A stretch of DNA of 64,000 bases from a virus, in IMG/VR virus record IMGVR_UViG_3300045918_000146, positions 1 through 64,000 of that record. One strand, written 5' to 3'. Positions 1 through 9,961 of the stretch are shown one piece after another (position 1 is the stretch's first letter; the number at the start of each line of letters is the position of its first letter). Under the pieces are notes generated by a model. That model saw nothing but the letters and a program-made list of their open reading frames with translations, was not told where the DNA came from and ran no database searches. A program made the translations under genes and the position numbers.

Positions 1-122
1 AGCTGCTAGTTGAATTTAAGGGTCGTATTCACACACGTTATCAAGGCGACGAAAAAGACGTAAATATCGCTTATGGTATGGAAATTGTTTATGATGCACT
101 CACACAGGTATTAACAAGATGA
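1..122 (+). CDS. 3' end of a hypothetical protein truncated by the window edge
   Basis: Open frame LLVEFKGRIHTRYQGDEKDVNIAYGMEIVYDALTQVLTR ending in TGA at 120-122. Confidence 0.5.
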   Translation, partial: LLVEFKGRIHTRYQGDEKDVNIAYGMEIVYDALTQVLTR

Positions 123-236
123 GTACCTGAAAAGTAACAAAAGCAGGTAACAGTTTTTACTGATCGATTGCCATCGAAGAAGTAAACATGTATCTTAGTT
201 TAGGATACATTGTAAAAATTTGTAGATAGATCTAAT

Positions 237-416
237 ATGCCCGACGATTTGCTAGATCTAGAAGATCTAGAAGATCTAGAAGATATAGTTTTAGAAAGAC
301 TTGATTCTGTTAAATATAAGTTAAAGACCGATCAGGCTTTTAAGAAACAGTATTTTGAACAAACAAATATAGAAAACAACCATAATATTCCTTCTGTGAT
401 CGAGGCCTGCTTATAA
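237..416 (+). CDS. small acidic hypothetical protein (59 aa, not in ORF track)
   Basis: ATG 237; MPDDLLDLEDLEDLEDIVLERL...; TAA overlaps next ATG (TAATG); contains a 9-bp tandem repeat (agatctaga). Confidence 0.6.
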   Translation: MPDDLLDLEDLEDLEDIVLERLDSVKYKLKTDQAFKKQYFEQTNIENNHNIPSVIEACL

Positions 417-697
417 TGATTAGTGAACAAGCAATAATTGGAGATACTCTTTACGATAGCAAACTTTGTACAAAAGTTATCGCAATAACTCAATGTAAAA
501 GAGGAGACTGTATTTATTGGTGTGACGACGGTAGTGATTGGCACCACTACTTGTTTGATGAAAAAAGTATATTGCGTACTACAGATAGCAATCGTATAAA
601 AGCAGCTAAGATAGTTAGTTGGACAGATTTTGCTTGGGTGAAATACCGACGGTTATGGAAACTTGCCGTTCAAAATCAATTCGTATGCAATGAGTAA
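416..697 (+). CDS. hypothetical protein
   Basis: 93-aa ORF coupled to the upstream gene. Confidence 0.55.
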   Translation: MISEQAIIGDTLYDSKLCTKVIAITQCKRGDCIYWCDDGSDWHHYLFDEKSILRTTDSNRIKAAKIVSWTDFAWVKYRRLWKLAVQNQFVCNE

Positions 698-723
698 TAT
701 TCGCCCTATTACACGGAGACAAA

Positions 724-1137
724 ATGATACAGTTAAAGTACGCTAGTTTAAGTTCAGCTGAACAAAAATGTCTAACAGACGCGAGTATCGTCCTAATGAA
801 AGTAGTAACTGAAATATATGGTTCTGAAAAAGGGATGGATTTGTGGGCTACAATTGTAGATACAATAGATGATAATCTAAAGGGCGATATTTTCTTTGGC
901 ATGATTAGTGGAAAATATGTAGCAAACAGTGTTACAATTACAAAATGCAGCCCGACTGATTTCGTACAAATGATTAAGGTTGTTCGGACTTATACTGGTA
1001 TGGGATTAAAAGACGCTAAAGATCTATGTGACCTTCTAAGAAATAACGGTACAATAAGTAGTGTAAGCGTAATAGAAGGTAAAAAAGCTTCAGACTTTAT
1101 TCGTAATATTAAAATGTGCGGCGGGGATGCCTTATGA
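724..1137 (+). CDS. protein with ribosomal protein L7/L12 C-terminal domain
   Basis: VQMIKVVRTYTGMGLKDAKDLCD matches the bL12 CTD motif (IKxVRxxTGLGLKEAKxLV); GGAG RBS. Confidence 0.8.
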   Translation: MIQLKYASLSSAEQKCLTDASIVLMKVVTEIYGSEKGMDLWATIVDTIDDNLKGDIFFGMISGKYVANSVTITKCSPTDFVQMIKVVRTYTGMGLKDAKDLCDLLRNNGTISSVSVIEGKKASDFIRNIKMCGGDAL

Positions 1138-1376
1138 AGCCATATACATTAAAACTATTGCCAGATAGTCCTATCTTAAAATATATATTAAAAGAAACTA
1201 GTAATAAACTGATGTTTGGGTTCAAAGGCGTTAAACAGTATATGATGTCGATGCATAATGCTTCTATCGACTTTCAGATTTTAGGTGATTTGACATTAAT
1301 CTCAATCTCGTGCAATATAGACTTTGAAGATAAAAACCAGATGTTACTATTTCTAATGAAGGTAGATCATGTTTAA
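1134..1376 (+). CDS. hypothetical protein, F-x-D...F-x-L/M-K C-terminal family
   Basis: ATGA overlap; ends IDFEDKNQMLLFLMKV. Confidence 0.6.
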   Translation: MKPYTLKLLPDSPILKYILKETSNKLMFGFKGVKQYMMSMHNASIDFQILGDLTLISISCNIDFEDKNQMLLFLMKVDHV

Positions 1377-1704
1377 ACAGAATATTAAAGATATTACAAT
1401 AGCAGATACTGACAAAATCGAAGAATATAAAGATATTGCTAAAGATTTCTTAAATAACATCTGTAATACAGATTATAACGAATGTTTTATTAGTGACGAA
1501 TCATGTTTATCTGATTTTGCAGGCTGTTGTTTTCCTGAAGACTTTGATTCTGTGGGTATGACACTCACAGAATTTTATGCACGTGGTAAGGAATTTGCAG
1601 TAGCAAAAGTAAAAGAAAAATATGGAATAGATGTAGATGTTAATGACTATTTTATTACTATCTTTGAGAAAATTAAACAGCAACAATATATGAGATCTCA
1701 ATGA
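1369..1704 (+). CDS. hypothetical protein
   Basis: 111-aa ORF overlapping its neighbours. Confidence 0.65.
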   Translation: MFKQNIKDITIADTDKIEEYKDIAKDFLNNICNTDYNECFISDESCLSDFAGCCFPEDFDSVGMTLTEFYARGKEFAVAKVKEKYGIDVDVNDYFITIFEKIKQQQYMRSQ

Positions 1705-2219
1705 GAAACATTAATTATAATTGGGTTCCGCCGACATACACCGAGTTAAGAACACTTGTTTTTAAAGATCATCCTTTTCATTGTGCAGATTGTAATGCTG
1801 AATTAACATTTAAGCACCCTAATTATGAATATAAGGCAGAAAATAAAAAACGTGTAATGATCTCTTCTCATTACACAGATGCATTATGTAGGACATGTTT
1901 TGCTAAACGGCTTAAACTTTGGTTTGCTACGCCATTAAAATCACTTACTAAACATGGAAAATATAAATTAACTAAATCCGACCGTAAAATAGGAACGTGT
2001 GACACTTGTTATAAAACACGTAAAAAAGTTGCATCTATAATTTGGACAGATTGGTGTAACAGTAGGTTTGGGTCAGACTGGTGGAATGGATTTTGGATAT
2101 GCCGAGACTGTTTGTGTGAGTGTGTATTACTAGGTAAAGATAGTCATACGATGGTAGATTATTCTATCAAAGGAGAGAAGACAACTTATAATGAGGTCGG
2201 AGCTAGAATATTAATATGA
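1701..2219 (+). CDS. Cys-rich putative zinc-binding protein
   Basis: Four CxxC pairs (CADC, CRTC, CDTC, CRDC). Confidence 0.65.
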   Translation: MRNINYNWVPPTYTELRTLVFKDHPFHCADCNAELTFKHPNYEYKAENKKRVMISSHYTDALCRTCFAKRLKLWFATPLKSLTKHGKYKLTKSDRKIGTCDTCYKTRKKVASIIWTDWCNSRFGSDWWNGFWICRDCLCECVLLGKDSHTMVDYSIKGEKTTYNEVGARILI

Positions 2220-2497
2220 CATCAATGTTGTTTAGGGAAATTAATCCAGATTCTCCATTCTTTAACAGGTATATATCCAAAAGTATAAAAGAGCGTTGCT
2301 TACGTCTATCGTGTTTATTGGATAAGAGGATAAAGATTATTTATAATGGTTTAGTACCAATTCAGTTTAAAGAGTGGTACGGTTGGCTATTAGAAAATAA
2401 CGGTGGGATAATAGCAAACAATTATGCATTATGTTTTCTGGATATGCAAACAAAAGTTATGTTCCTACTTAAATTTCAACGGGAATATTTTGATTAA
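2216..2497 (+). CDS. hypothetical protein, F-x-D...F-x-L-K family
   Basis: Ends LCFLDMQTKVMFLLKF. Confidence 0.6.
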   Translation: MTSMLFREINPDSPFFNRYISKSIKERCLRLSCLLDKRIKIIYNGLVPIQFKEWYGWLLENNGGIIANNYALCFLDMQTKVMFLLKFQREYFD

Positions 2498-2557
2498 TCA
2501 TTACTTGCGGTAACTGTTGCATTCTGTTATAGTTAATATTAATAGAGGAATAGAAAT

Positions 2558-2905
2558 GTGGAAACAAGTGTAGATGATACAGTAGAGAATGAGCTATTAG
2601 ATCTTATAGCAGTATTAGATACTGCATTAATAAGTGATCATCCTGCCGTTAAAGATCAGCTAACCAAGTTACTTACAATATCAGCACTTATACGATCATA
2701 TAAAGATATACCTAATAGTTATGGTCCATTTAGAAGATTATTTGAAGATAGTAAAAATCTTAAAAATCGTGTTAGAGATCTAGAAGAAAAAGATCTTAAA
2801 CGCAATATAATAGACACGCATAAAACATTATTTCGAGATGTAAATAAAACAGCATCTATAATTCCATTTACCAAATACGCAGACAAGCAACCAATTAAAG
2901 AGTAA
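2558..2905 (+). CDS. hypothetical protein
   Basis: GTG start with GAGG RBS; sigma70-like TTGCGG-17-TATAGT upstream. Confidence 0.65.
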   Translation: METSVDDTVENELLDLIAVLDTALISDHPAVKDQLTKLLTISALIRSYKDIPNSYGPFRRLFEDSKNLKNRVRDLEEKDLKRNIIDTHKTLFRDVNKTASIIPFTKYADKQPIKE

Positions 2906-2920
2906 CATAAGGATCTCATA

Positions 2921-3754
2921 GTGAATAGACATTATAGTAGTTCAAACGTAGTTAACTGGTTACGCGATCGTGTATTTCGCATAGAGAAGCCAACAGCTTT
3001 AAGTTGGGGACAATGGGATGTATGGGAAGACGAGTTAAAGAAATCTAAACCAGTTGCATATTTCTTTACTGAAGTATTACCTGATTGGATAGAGTATATT
3101 CCGAAGTATACCATAGATTACGTGTATGATGCAATTTATTATATTCGTAATAGGTTAGAAGGATCACATAGATTAAGTTCTGAATTAAAAAAAGGTACCT
3201 ATCACGAACTTAGCAGTAGATTACTACATAGCTGTTTTGACTCATACGTAGAATTCATTGAGGTGGAGGAGGCAAATATGCATGTTGCTTTTAGTAGTAA
3301 AGAAGATAGAGAAAAGTATAACGTGCCATGGTGGAGATGGAATAGATTATTTAGGATAAAGACATGGAGAAATGAACAAGCGGCAATCGATCACCTAAAG
3401 TGGGAAATGACTTTAGATAAACCAAATCCAAATGATCCAAATCATCAGTTAAGTGAACATCAAGCAATTAGTGCTAGAGAAAAAATGGCATTATATACCT
3501 GGTGGAAACATATAAGACCCGCAAGAGGTGACGCATGGGATGATTCGGGTTTTGGTGCTTTTTGGATAGAAATGGATAAGTTGCATGGAGAAGATTGGCT
3601 TGGATTGGGCGGAAAAGGTAAAATGACACCCGCACAAAAACGTAAATACGATAAGCTGTGTAAAATAAAAGACGACCTAGATGTTCAACGCGAACAAGAA
3701 GATGAGGATATGCTTATTAGGCTCATCAAGATCCGTAAATCACTTTGGACATAA
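2921..3754 (+). CDS. Trp-rich hypothetical phage protein
   Basis: 277-aa ORF ending EDMLIRLIKIRKSLWT. Confidence 0.75.
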   Translation: MNRHYSSSNVVNWLRDRVFRIEKPTALSWGQWDVWEDELKKSKPVAYFFTEVLPDWIEYIPKYTIDYVYDAIYYIRNRLEGSHRLSSELKKGTYHELSSRLLHSCFDSYVEFIEVEEANMHVAFSSKEDREKYNVPWWRWNRLFRIKTWRNEQAAIDHLKWEMTLDKPNPNDPNHQLSEHQAISAREKMALYTWWKHIRPARGDAWDDSGFGAFWIEMDKLHGEDWLGLGGKGKMTPAQKRKYDKLCKIKDDLDVQREQEDEDMLIRLIKIRKSLWT

Positions 3755-3773
3755 ATCAAATAGGGGAATCAGA

Positions 3774-4145
3774 ATGAATTTTATATTTTGGGCTGCCATA
3801 GCAGTATATTTAAGTTTATACATAGGTATAGTATGGGCATTCTTAACGACGATAGGTATTATAGTTAGTATTGATTTGGTTAATAAGTATTTAGAAATTC
3901 GTAAAGAAGAAAGAATTAAGAAAATCCGAGAAGAAAATGTTTTATTGTCAATAGAAGTAGCTGAGCACAAGGATCAATGGTATTATTTAATTCATGACGT
4001 TACTAAAAACGTAATGGTTAAACAAGCTAATACTTTAGATGAAATAGTTGAATTCTTAGTATTTAGTTATAAAGGTAAAATGGTATTAGTGCAAAAAAGT
4101 AAAGACGATATCGTAACTCTAGCAGACCTAACAGGAGTAGTGTAA
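3774..4145 (+). CDS. membrane-anchored hypothetical protein
   Basis: ATG 3774 after GGGG RBS; hydrophobic N-terminus. Confidence 0.65.
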   Translation: MNFIFWAAIAVYLSLYIGIVWAFLTTIGIIVSIDLVNKYLEIRKEERIKKIREENVLLSIEVAEHKDQWYYLIHDVTKNVMVKQANTLDEIVEFLVFSYKGKMVLVQKSKDDIVTLADLTGVV

Positions 4146-4147
4146 TT

Positions 4148-4573
4148 ATGGATATACAAATACCAGCAGAAGGAATATCAAAAAGAAAAAGTTGGCCAGA
4201 TGCAGATTATTACCAAGTACCATGCGAATGCGGGTGCAATAATTCAATTGATTTTAGTATAGAAATAGATGAGGGTAGTATTGTAACTACCTTTTGTTCT
4301 ACAACTAAAACAAATTACTGGTATAATCTAATAGATGTCAAATATAGCGAAAACTGGATGTTACTAAATACCAAGCTATTCATAAATGATTGGTACAATA
4401 GATTAACTATAGTATGGCATGCGATTGTCCATGGATACTTTAAAACTGAGTCGTGTGTGTTATTAACTCCACAACAAGCTTTGAATTTTTCCGAAGTATT
4501 AAAAGAAGGAATTACAAAATATGAAAAACTCAACGAATCCGGAAAAAAAGAGGTTAGTAACAAGTTTGTGTAG
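4148..4573 (+). CDS. hypothetical protein
   Basis: AGGAG RBS; CECGC motif. Confidence 0.7.
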   Translation: MDIQIPAEGISKRKSWPDADYYQVPCECGCNNSIDFSIEIDEGSIVTTFCSTTKTNYWYNLIDVKYSENWMLLNTKLFINDWYNRLTIVWHAIVHGYFKTESCVLLTPQQALNFSEVLKEGITKYEKLNESGKKEVSNKFV

Positions 4574-4850
4574 ACCACAAGATTATCAAGTTGATAGATC
4601 ATCACTACGGTCTCGTTACGGTGGTAAACCATCAAAAATGGTTTACGCTGGCGGCGGGTATGGTTGGCATAAATCTTATGCTCCTGATACTAGACCGTTC
4701 ATGAAAGATTGGTTAGTTAGATTATTTGGACATCTACATTATTTAACGTCTCATGCTCCTAAAAAAGTTAATAGCCGTTGGAAACAAGCAGATATAAGAA
4801 TGCATAATAGAATGAAGTATAGAAAAAGTGCGTTACACGAAAGATTTTGA
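4521..4850 (+). CDS. basic hypothetical protein (start uncertain)
   Basis: 109-aa ORF filling the gap between neighbours. Confidence 0.5.
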   Translation: MKNSTNPEKKRLVTSLCRPQDYQVDRSSLRSRYGGKPSKMVYAGGGYGWHKSYAPDTRPFMKDWLVRLFGHLHYLTSHAPKKVNSRWKQADIRMHNRMKYRKSALHERF

Positions 4851-5314
4851 TGAATCACTGGAACTATTCAATAGCAGAGTTAGCAGACATTGGGTTAACT
4901 AATACAGATCCTTTGGTTCGAGAACTTGCTAGATTAGTAGGAAACATTGTAATTAGTTATCATAGCGTCAAATTTAATAACAACTATACATTAGACGAGT
5001 TCTTCGAAAATCCGTATAAAATGATTATTGATATAGAAGATGATTATAGAATTATCCAAACAGATTTTACGGATTTGAAAGTTGACTACAAAATATTATC
5101 TGAACGTTTAGATGCTTTTAAGTTGGATTTAGATGCTGACGAACAACAATACCAAATCAACAGTTTAAAATCTAGATTACTTGACAAAAACATAATCTTG
5201 AATGATTTACGTACAGATTTGCATGTTAAAGAGCATGAAATATTACGGTTACAAGATAAGGTTAAAGAGCTTGAGGGAAAATTCTCGATGTGGAAAATCT
5301 TAGAAAACGGATAA
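4847..5314 (+). CDS. coiled-coil hypothetical protein
   Basis: Heptad-rich C-terminal half; ends MWKILENG. Confidence 0.65.
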   Translation: MMNHWNYSIAELADIGLTNTDPLVRELARLVGNIVISYHSVKFNNNYTLDEFFENPYKMIIDIEDDYRIIQTDFTDLKVDYKILSERLDAFKLDLDADEQQYQINSLKSRLLDKNIILNDLRTDLHVKEHEILRLQDKVKELEGKFSMWKILENG

Positions 5315-5339
5315 ATAACATACTATTTAAAGGAATCAA

Positions 5340-5552
5340 ATGAAAGAAGAAGCAATGGTTTTTGAAGGTGTAGTCACCGAACTATTACCTAACGCAACTT
5401 TTAGGGTAACATTAACAAATAACATGAATATTCTTGCATATCTAGGAGGAAAGCTACGCAAGAATACTATCAATATTCTACTAGCAGACAAAGTTCGTGT
5501 AGAAGTTTCTGGGTATGATCTTACACGCGGGCGTATTACTTTTCGCCTCTAA
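5340..5552 (+). CDS. infA: translation initiation factor IF-1
   Basis: [50 protein letters not shown]; 70 aa. Confidence 0.95.
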   Translation: MKEEAMVFEGVVTELLPNATFRVTLTNNMNILAYLGGKLRKNTINILLADKVRVEVSGYDLTRGRITFRL

Positions 5553-5621
5553 GATATCATAGACTTAACAAGTTCTAATAACTAGTTAATGATTTCAATA
5601 GCATATATCTAAAAATATGTC

Positions 5622-5650
5622 TTGACTTTTCAACCATTCTCCTGTATAAT
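5622..5650 (+). promoter_or_regulatory. sigma70-type early promoter
   Basis: TTGACT-17 nt-TATAAT with TG extended -10. Confidence 0.8.
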
Positions 5651-5684
5651 GTCTGTATTAAATATAACAGCGGAGTTAATATAC

Positions 5685-6389
5685 ATGAAATCTTTCACTT
5701 ACGCGAAATCTTCTAATAAACACTCCGAAGTGGTTAAGACATTTAATACTATTAATGCTGTTGCGGCAATCTTAATTGCTTTCAATAATGCTAATAACCA
5801 GATTGAGAAAAGAGATTACTGCGACGAGACTGGTAATAAAATAGTTTCAAATAGATCGTTTGCGATACATTTACTTGAACAACCACAATTAATAACAGAA
5901 GAAGATAAAAGCAAAGCAAAAGAAATCATCCAGTATATCCAAGGAGTAGTTACTATGGGTATATTATCTAATAGAAAAATATCACCTTTTACATTAGATT
6001 TAGCTAAACTGTTAGATGAAGAAACAGTTCCGGAGTTCAAGATTGGATTACTTGTATATGCAGCAAACATATACTATCAAGGTAAGAAACGAGAAGAATT
6101 AGATGAACAGACACTCGAAGTACTATATACTTCTCAGCCACTAGGCGAAGAAGGTGATAAAGTAGCAGTTAATTTTAACTGCATTGAATACCGGTTTGTA
6201 TCACAACTAAGTTGTTTTAATGCTTATGGAAAGGATGAGAAAGGTAACCTAGTTAGTTTTCTTACAAAAAAAGAAGAATTATGTAAATCACAAGTATTAA
6301 CAGGGAAGATAAAGAAAGCCGGGCTAGATCAATGGCATAAAAATGCCTGTGTAACTCAGTTGAATTATGTTAAGGGTATTAAGGATTAG
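5685..6389 (+). CDS. hypothetical protein (possible C-terminal OB fold)
   Basis: ATG 5685 after GGAG, downstream of promoter; GEEGDKVAVNF...GNLVSF C-terminus. Confidence 0.7.
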   Translation: MKSFTYAKSSNKHSEVVKTFNTINAVAAILIAFNNANNQIEKRDYCDETGNKIVSNRSFAIHLLEQPQLITEEDKSKAKEIIQYIQGVVTMGILSNRKISPFTLDLAKLLDEETVPEFKIGLLVYAANIYYQGKKREELDEQTLEVLYTSQPLGEEGDKVAVNFNCIEYRFVSQLSCFNAYGKDEKGNLVSFLTKKEELCKSQVLTGKIKKAGLDQWHKNACVTQLNYVKGIKD

Positions 6390-6882
6390 ACTTATTATCG
6401 GAGCGACGAATAGACGGTACTGCTGAATGTAATCGTTTATCTGATGTTTGTTCTATTATTTCTTCAAGATAAGACACATGGGCAGCAAGTTTTGCGTTGT
6501 CAACGGCAAATCTATGCATTTCTTCACGCGCTAAATCTAAACTAGTGCTTAATTTCTCAACTAAACCTTTAAGTTCTACAACTTGCGAAGATAAAAATTC
6601 TACTTCGGCAGATAATTTACCTACTTTACTCACTGCTTCGTTACGCTCTTGTTCAATAACAAACATGCGTTCCACAACACGATCTCGATCTAATTTAGTT
6701 TCGTCTCGTTCTTTCTTATATGACTCCAACATGTTTTGGTAAGAAGAATCTTCGTGTAAGGCTTTTTGATCAGACGAAACTTTACGTCGTATAATAGATA
6801 TACCGTATGCAATAACTACACTTATCGACGGTAATCCTACTGCCCATGTTACTAGTTCTGTACCGATAGATTCTATTACCAT
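6379..6882 (-). CDS. membrane-anchored coiled-coil protein
   Basis: One N-terminal TM segment plus long coiled coil; GAGG RBS; TAAATA late motif upstream (6961-6967, minus strand). Confidence 0.7.
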   Translation of the reverse strand: MVIESIGTELVTWAVGLPSISVVIAYGISIIRRKVSSDQKALHEDSSYQNMLESYKKERDETKLDRDRVVERMFVIEQERNEAVSKVGKLSAEVEFLSSQVVELKGLVEKLSTSLDLAREEMHRFAVDNAKLAAHVSYLEEIIEQTSDKRLHSAVPSIRRSDNKSNP

Positions 6883-7084
6883 ATTTTGTCCTCAGTCTGT
6901 TAAGTTTAATATTAAAATACCCTATTATTAAACATAATATGTTTAGACTGTAATAACATATATTTATGCTCTGTTAATCTAGAGTTATAACGTATGTATA
7001 TTATCAATTACTGGCCACAACCTAAAGTGGTTAACTAAAGACTATGCATTAAACATGCTGGTCTTATTTATCATGCCTAGTATT

Positions 7085-7124
7085 ATTGGCGGAAGTGCTC
7101 TATTGTATTTCGTCTTCCGCCAAT
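7085..7124 (-). terminator. hairpin downstream of phoH
   Basis: ATTGGCGGAAG...CTTCCGCCAAT 11-bp inverted repeat. Confidence 0.55.
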
Positions 7125-7146
7125 TAGATAATATTACAACATAATA

Positions 7147-7995
7147 TCACTCTTCCCCATATAATTTCAATACTTCTGAAACTAACGGGTGTCTTTGTAC
7201 ATCAGAATGCCCAAATTCCAATGTTACGATAGAATTGCCACGATAATTCTTAAACCGTTTAAAAAAGTCAGATAAACCATTCTCGGTTACAAATTTCTTA
7301 TCCATCTGTTTTAAATCGCCGGTAATAACCATCTTAGAGCCTTCACCTATACGTGTCAATAACATTAAAGTCATGTTAGAACTTGCTGACTGCATTTCGT
7401 CAGCAACAACAAAGGTATTTTTGAAAGTTCTACCACGTAACATAGATAACGCAGCTAATTCTAATACTTCTTCTTCCAATAAACGGTTCAATTCTTGAAT
7501 GGTATAATATTCTTTAAATATTTCCATTATTGGTACTGCCCATGGTAACAGTTTTTCGGTTAACGTTCCAGGTAAGAAACCATGATTTTCGTTATCTACT
7601 GCAACTGCTGGTCTAGTTATTACAATCTTACTTATTTCACCCCCTTTCAGTGCTTTTATAGCTGCCAATACCCCAAGCCAGGTCTTGCCAGTACCCGCCG
7701 GGCCAGTAGCAAATATAACTAATTTATCTGGGTCCATAAGGTAATCTACATATTCTGACTGTTTTTCTGATTTTGGTGTAATAGATACTGTTTTCCTTTG
7801 TTCAACAAATGATTTAAAATTAAAAACATTATTACTTATTGTGCTACTTCTTGGATTACTACTTTGTCTTTTTCCCCCTTTGTTTGAGATTCTATGTTGT
7901 GGTACTTCTGCTACATCATCAAATGCTACTTTACGGGTAGTTCTACGTTTGGACAAATTTGTTACTCCTTTTCTGAAAGTGAGTTTAGTACTCAC
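7147..7995 (-). CDS. phoH: PhoH-family ATPase
   Basis: GPAGTGKT Walker A, ITRPAV, GFLPG, LRGRTF, DEMQ, TRIGEGSK, GDLKQ, RHPLV. Confidence 0.95.
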   Translation of the reverse strand: MSTKLTFRKGVTNLSKRRTTRKVAFDDVAEVPQHRISNKGGKRQSSNPRSSTISNNVFNFKSFVEQRKTVSITPKSEKQSEYVDYLMDPDKLVIFATGPAGTGKTWLGVLAAIKALKGGEISKIVITRPAVAVDNENHGFLPGTLTEKLLPWAVPIMEIFKEYYTIQELNRLLEEEVLELAALSMLRGRTFKNTFVVADEMQSASSNMTLMLLTRIGEGSKMVITGDLKQMDKKFVTENGLSDFFKRFKNYRGNSIVTLEFGHSDVQRHPLVSEVLKLYGEE

Positions 7996-8154
7996 AATGT
8001 ATTTAACAGTTTAACTTTCCAATTTTAACTAGGTGTGATTTTTTTGGTCGATAGACTAAATAAGAACCTTTAGTGAATTACCGAAAATATGTAAGAACAT
8101 TTTAATGTTCTGCTCTAAAAGGATAAATAAAACATATAGTATAAGGTTATATTT

Positions 8155-8706
8155 ATGACAGTGTCAATCAAAACAGCAATAGAAAACGTAAAAGAAATAA
8201 ATACATCAGATGCAGCGTTATCTACTCTACTAGATATAGAACGAGTTATAGATAATTTAGACATATATGTATTCAAGCACTGGAAACTAGGAGAACTAGT
8301 AGAAGGGCCAATTTTCGAAAAGTATTTCGTAACTACAAAATGGATGTGGGCATACAAGCAAATGCCAGACCCGAGAGGTGGAGAGCAATTACTTAGTTAT
8401 AATTGCGTAGTAACATATAAAAAAGAAAAATTAGAGCATCCAATTAAAATAAAATCCTCTTCGGACTTTAAAGAAGGAACAAAGATCGCAAAGACTACTA
8501 AAATCCCAATTTGGGTCGTAACCATAGTAATGCCTAGAAAATTAATATCTGACATTAGACAAGGTACTATAGAAGTTGAAGGTGAAAAACTAGATATGGC
8601 AGAAATATCTAATTCTTTTGAAGTAGGAATAGACGAAAAAGAATTCAAACAAAACCAAGATAGTATGGAAAAAAATGATACCAATACTGATCAAGGGGGA
8701 TTATAA
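8155..8706 (+). CDS. hypothetical late protein
   Basis: 183 aa; ATAAATA late motif at 8123-8129. Confidence 0.75.
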   Translation: MTVSIKTAIENVKEINTSDAALSTLLDIERVIDNLDIYVFKHWKLGELVEGPIFEKYFVTTKWMWAYKQMPDPRGGEQLLSYNCVVTYKKEKLEHPIKIKSSSDFKEGTKIAKTTKIPIWVVTIVMPRKLISDIRQGTIEVEGEKLDMAEISNSFEVGIDEKEFKQNQDSMEKNDTNTDQGGL

Positions 8707-9318
8707 ATGCATAACTTACAGGAAGGTTTAAATTCTGGCGATCTTGTTAGACTTATAGAACCTAAATTAGCTATTGATGAATTTCGTTCAAAAATGGGCG
8801 AAGATAAAGATATTGTAGTTGTTGGGTTCACAGTATTTGGTAAAGAACCAGGCGAAGACGTAGTTAACTTTATAGAGAAAAGTTACGATTGGGTATTAGA
8901 TGCTGATCTTAGTTCAGGAGAATTATCTGACGGTAATTATCTAGTTTTTGTGGAATTAAGAAGGGATAACACAGCAGCTAAAAAAATATTCTCTATGTTA
9001 CAGGATATTTTACACTTAACAAAACAAAAGATGACAGACTGGAAGTTTACTTATTATAATAGCAAAGATATATATCAGGTAACAGAAGAAAACTTATATA
9101 AAAAGATTATTAAAACTCCTATAGAGTATGATAAAAAAATAGAAAAAGATACAGCTATAGATAAAGTTGTTAAACAAGCAGAGAAAAACAAAGATAAGAA
9201 CGTTGAGGAAAGTAGAGAATTAAACAAATTACGTGCGTTAGCGAATGTATATGTACAGCCAGTAAAAGTTACAGATCTACCGTTATTAGCACTACAAGTT
9301 GTAGCAGGTATTAGATAA
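8707..9318 (+). CDS. hypothetical, probably virion/head-associated protein
   Basis: 203 aa; begins MHNLQE-G (L-x-E site); ends LQVVAGIR. Confidence 0.7.
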   Translation: MHNLQEGLNSGDLVRLIEPKLAIDEFRSKMGEDKDIVVVGFTVFGKEPGEDVVNFIEKSYDWVLDADLSSGELSDGNYLVFVELRRDNTAAKKIFSMLQDILHLTKQKMTDWKFTYYNSKDIYQVTEENLYKKIIKTPIEYDKKIEKDTAIDKVVKQAEKNKDKNVEESRELNKLRALANVYVQPVKVTDLPLLALQVVAGIR

Positions 9319-9327
9319 AGGTATATC

Positions 9328-9957
9328 ATGACAATAACATTAACGGTTGAACAAATAAAAGAGATAGTTCCAACAGCTACACAAGTAGAAGAATGGTGTG
9401 AAGTATTTAACAATAACTTTTCAGATGCAGAAATAGACACTAATGAACGCATTGCGGCATTTATTGCACAATCAGCAGTAGAATCTCAATGCTTTACACA
9501 CTTACACGAGAACTTAAATTACAGAGCTGAATCTTTATTAAAATTGTGGCCTAAACATTTTACCGTGTCTCAAGCTAATGAATGTGCTCATAATCCAGAA
9601 AAAATAGCTAATCGTGCTTATGCGAATAGGAATGGTAATGGAGATGAAACATCCGGAGATGGTTATAAGTATAGAGGTAGAGGATTATTGCAAATTACAG
9701 GCAAAGCAAATTATGCACTGTGTAGTCAATATATGTATGGAGATGATACTTTAGTCCAACAACCAGAGTTACTAGAAACAGATATGGACGTGGCGGTATC
9801 TAGTGCTCTTTGGTTTTGGAGTACGCATAAGTTAAATAATCATGTGGATGCAAATAACTTTAAAATGGTTACACAAAAAATAAATGGCGGACAGACAGGT
9901 GCAGCAGAAAGAGAAGAGTACTTTCATATTGCACTAACTGTATTACAACAAGGATAA
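9328..9957 (+). CDS. glycoside hydrolase family 19 endolysin
   Basis: AAFIAQSAVES, ENLNY, DGYKYRGRGLLQITGKANY, TQKINGG. Confidence 0.92.
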   Translation: MTITLTVEQIKEIVPTATQVEEWCEVFNNNFSDAEIDTNERIAAFIAQSAVESQCFTHLHENLNYRAESLLKLWPKHFTVSQANECAHNPEKIANRAYANRNGNGDETSGDGYKYRGRGLLQITGKANYALCSQYMYGDDTLVQQPELLETDMDVAVSSALWFWSTHKLNNHVDANNFKMVTQKINGGQTGAAEREEYFHIALTVLQQG

Positions 9958-9961
9958 GGAT

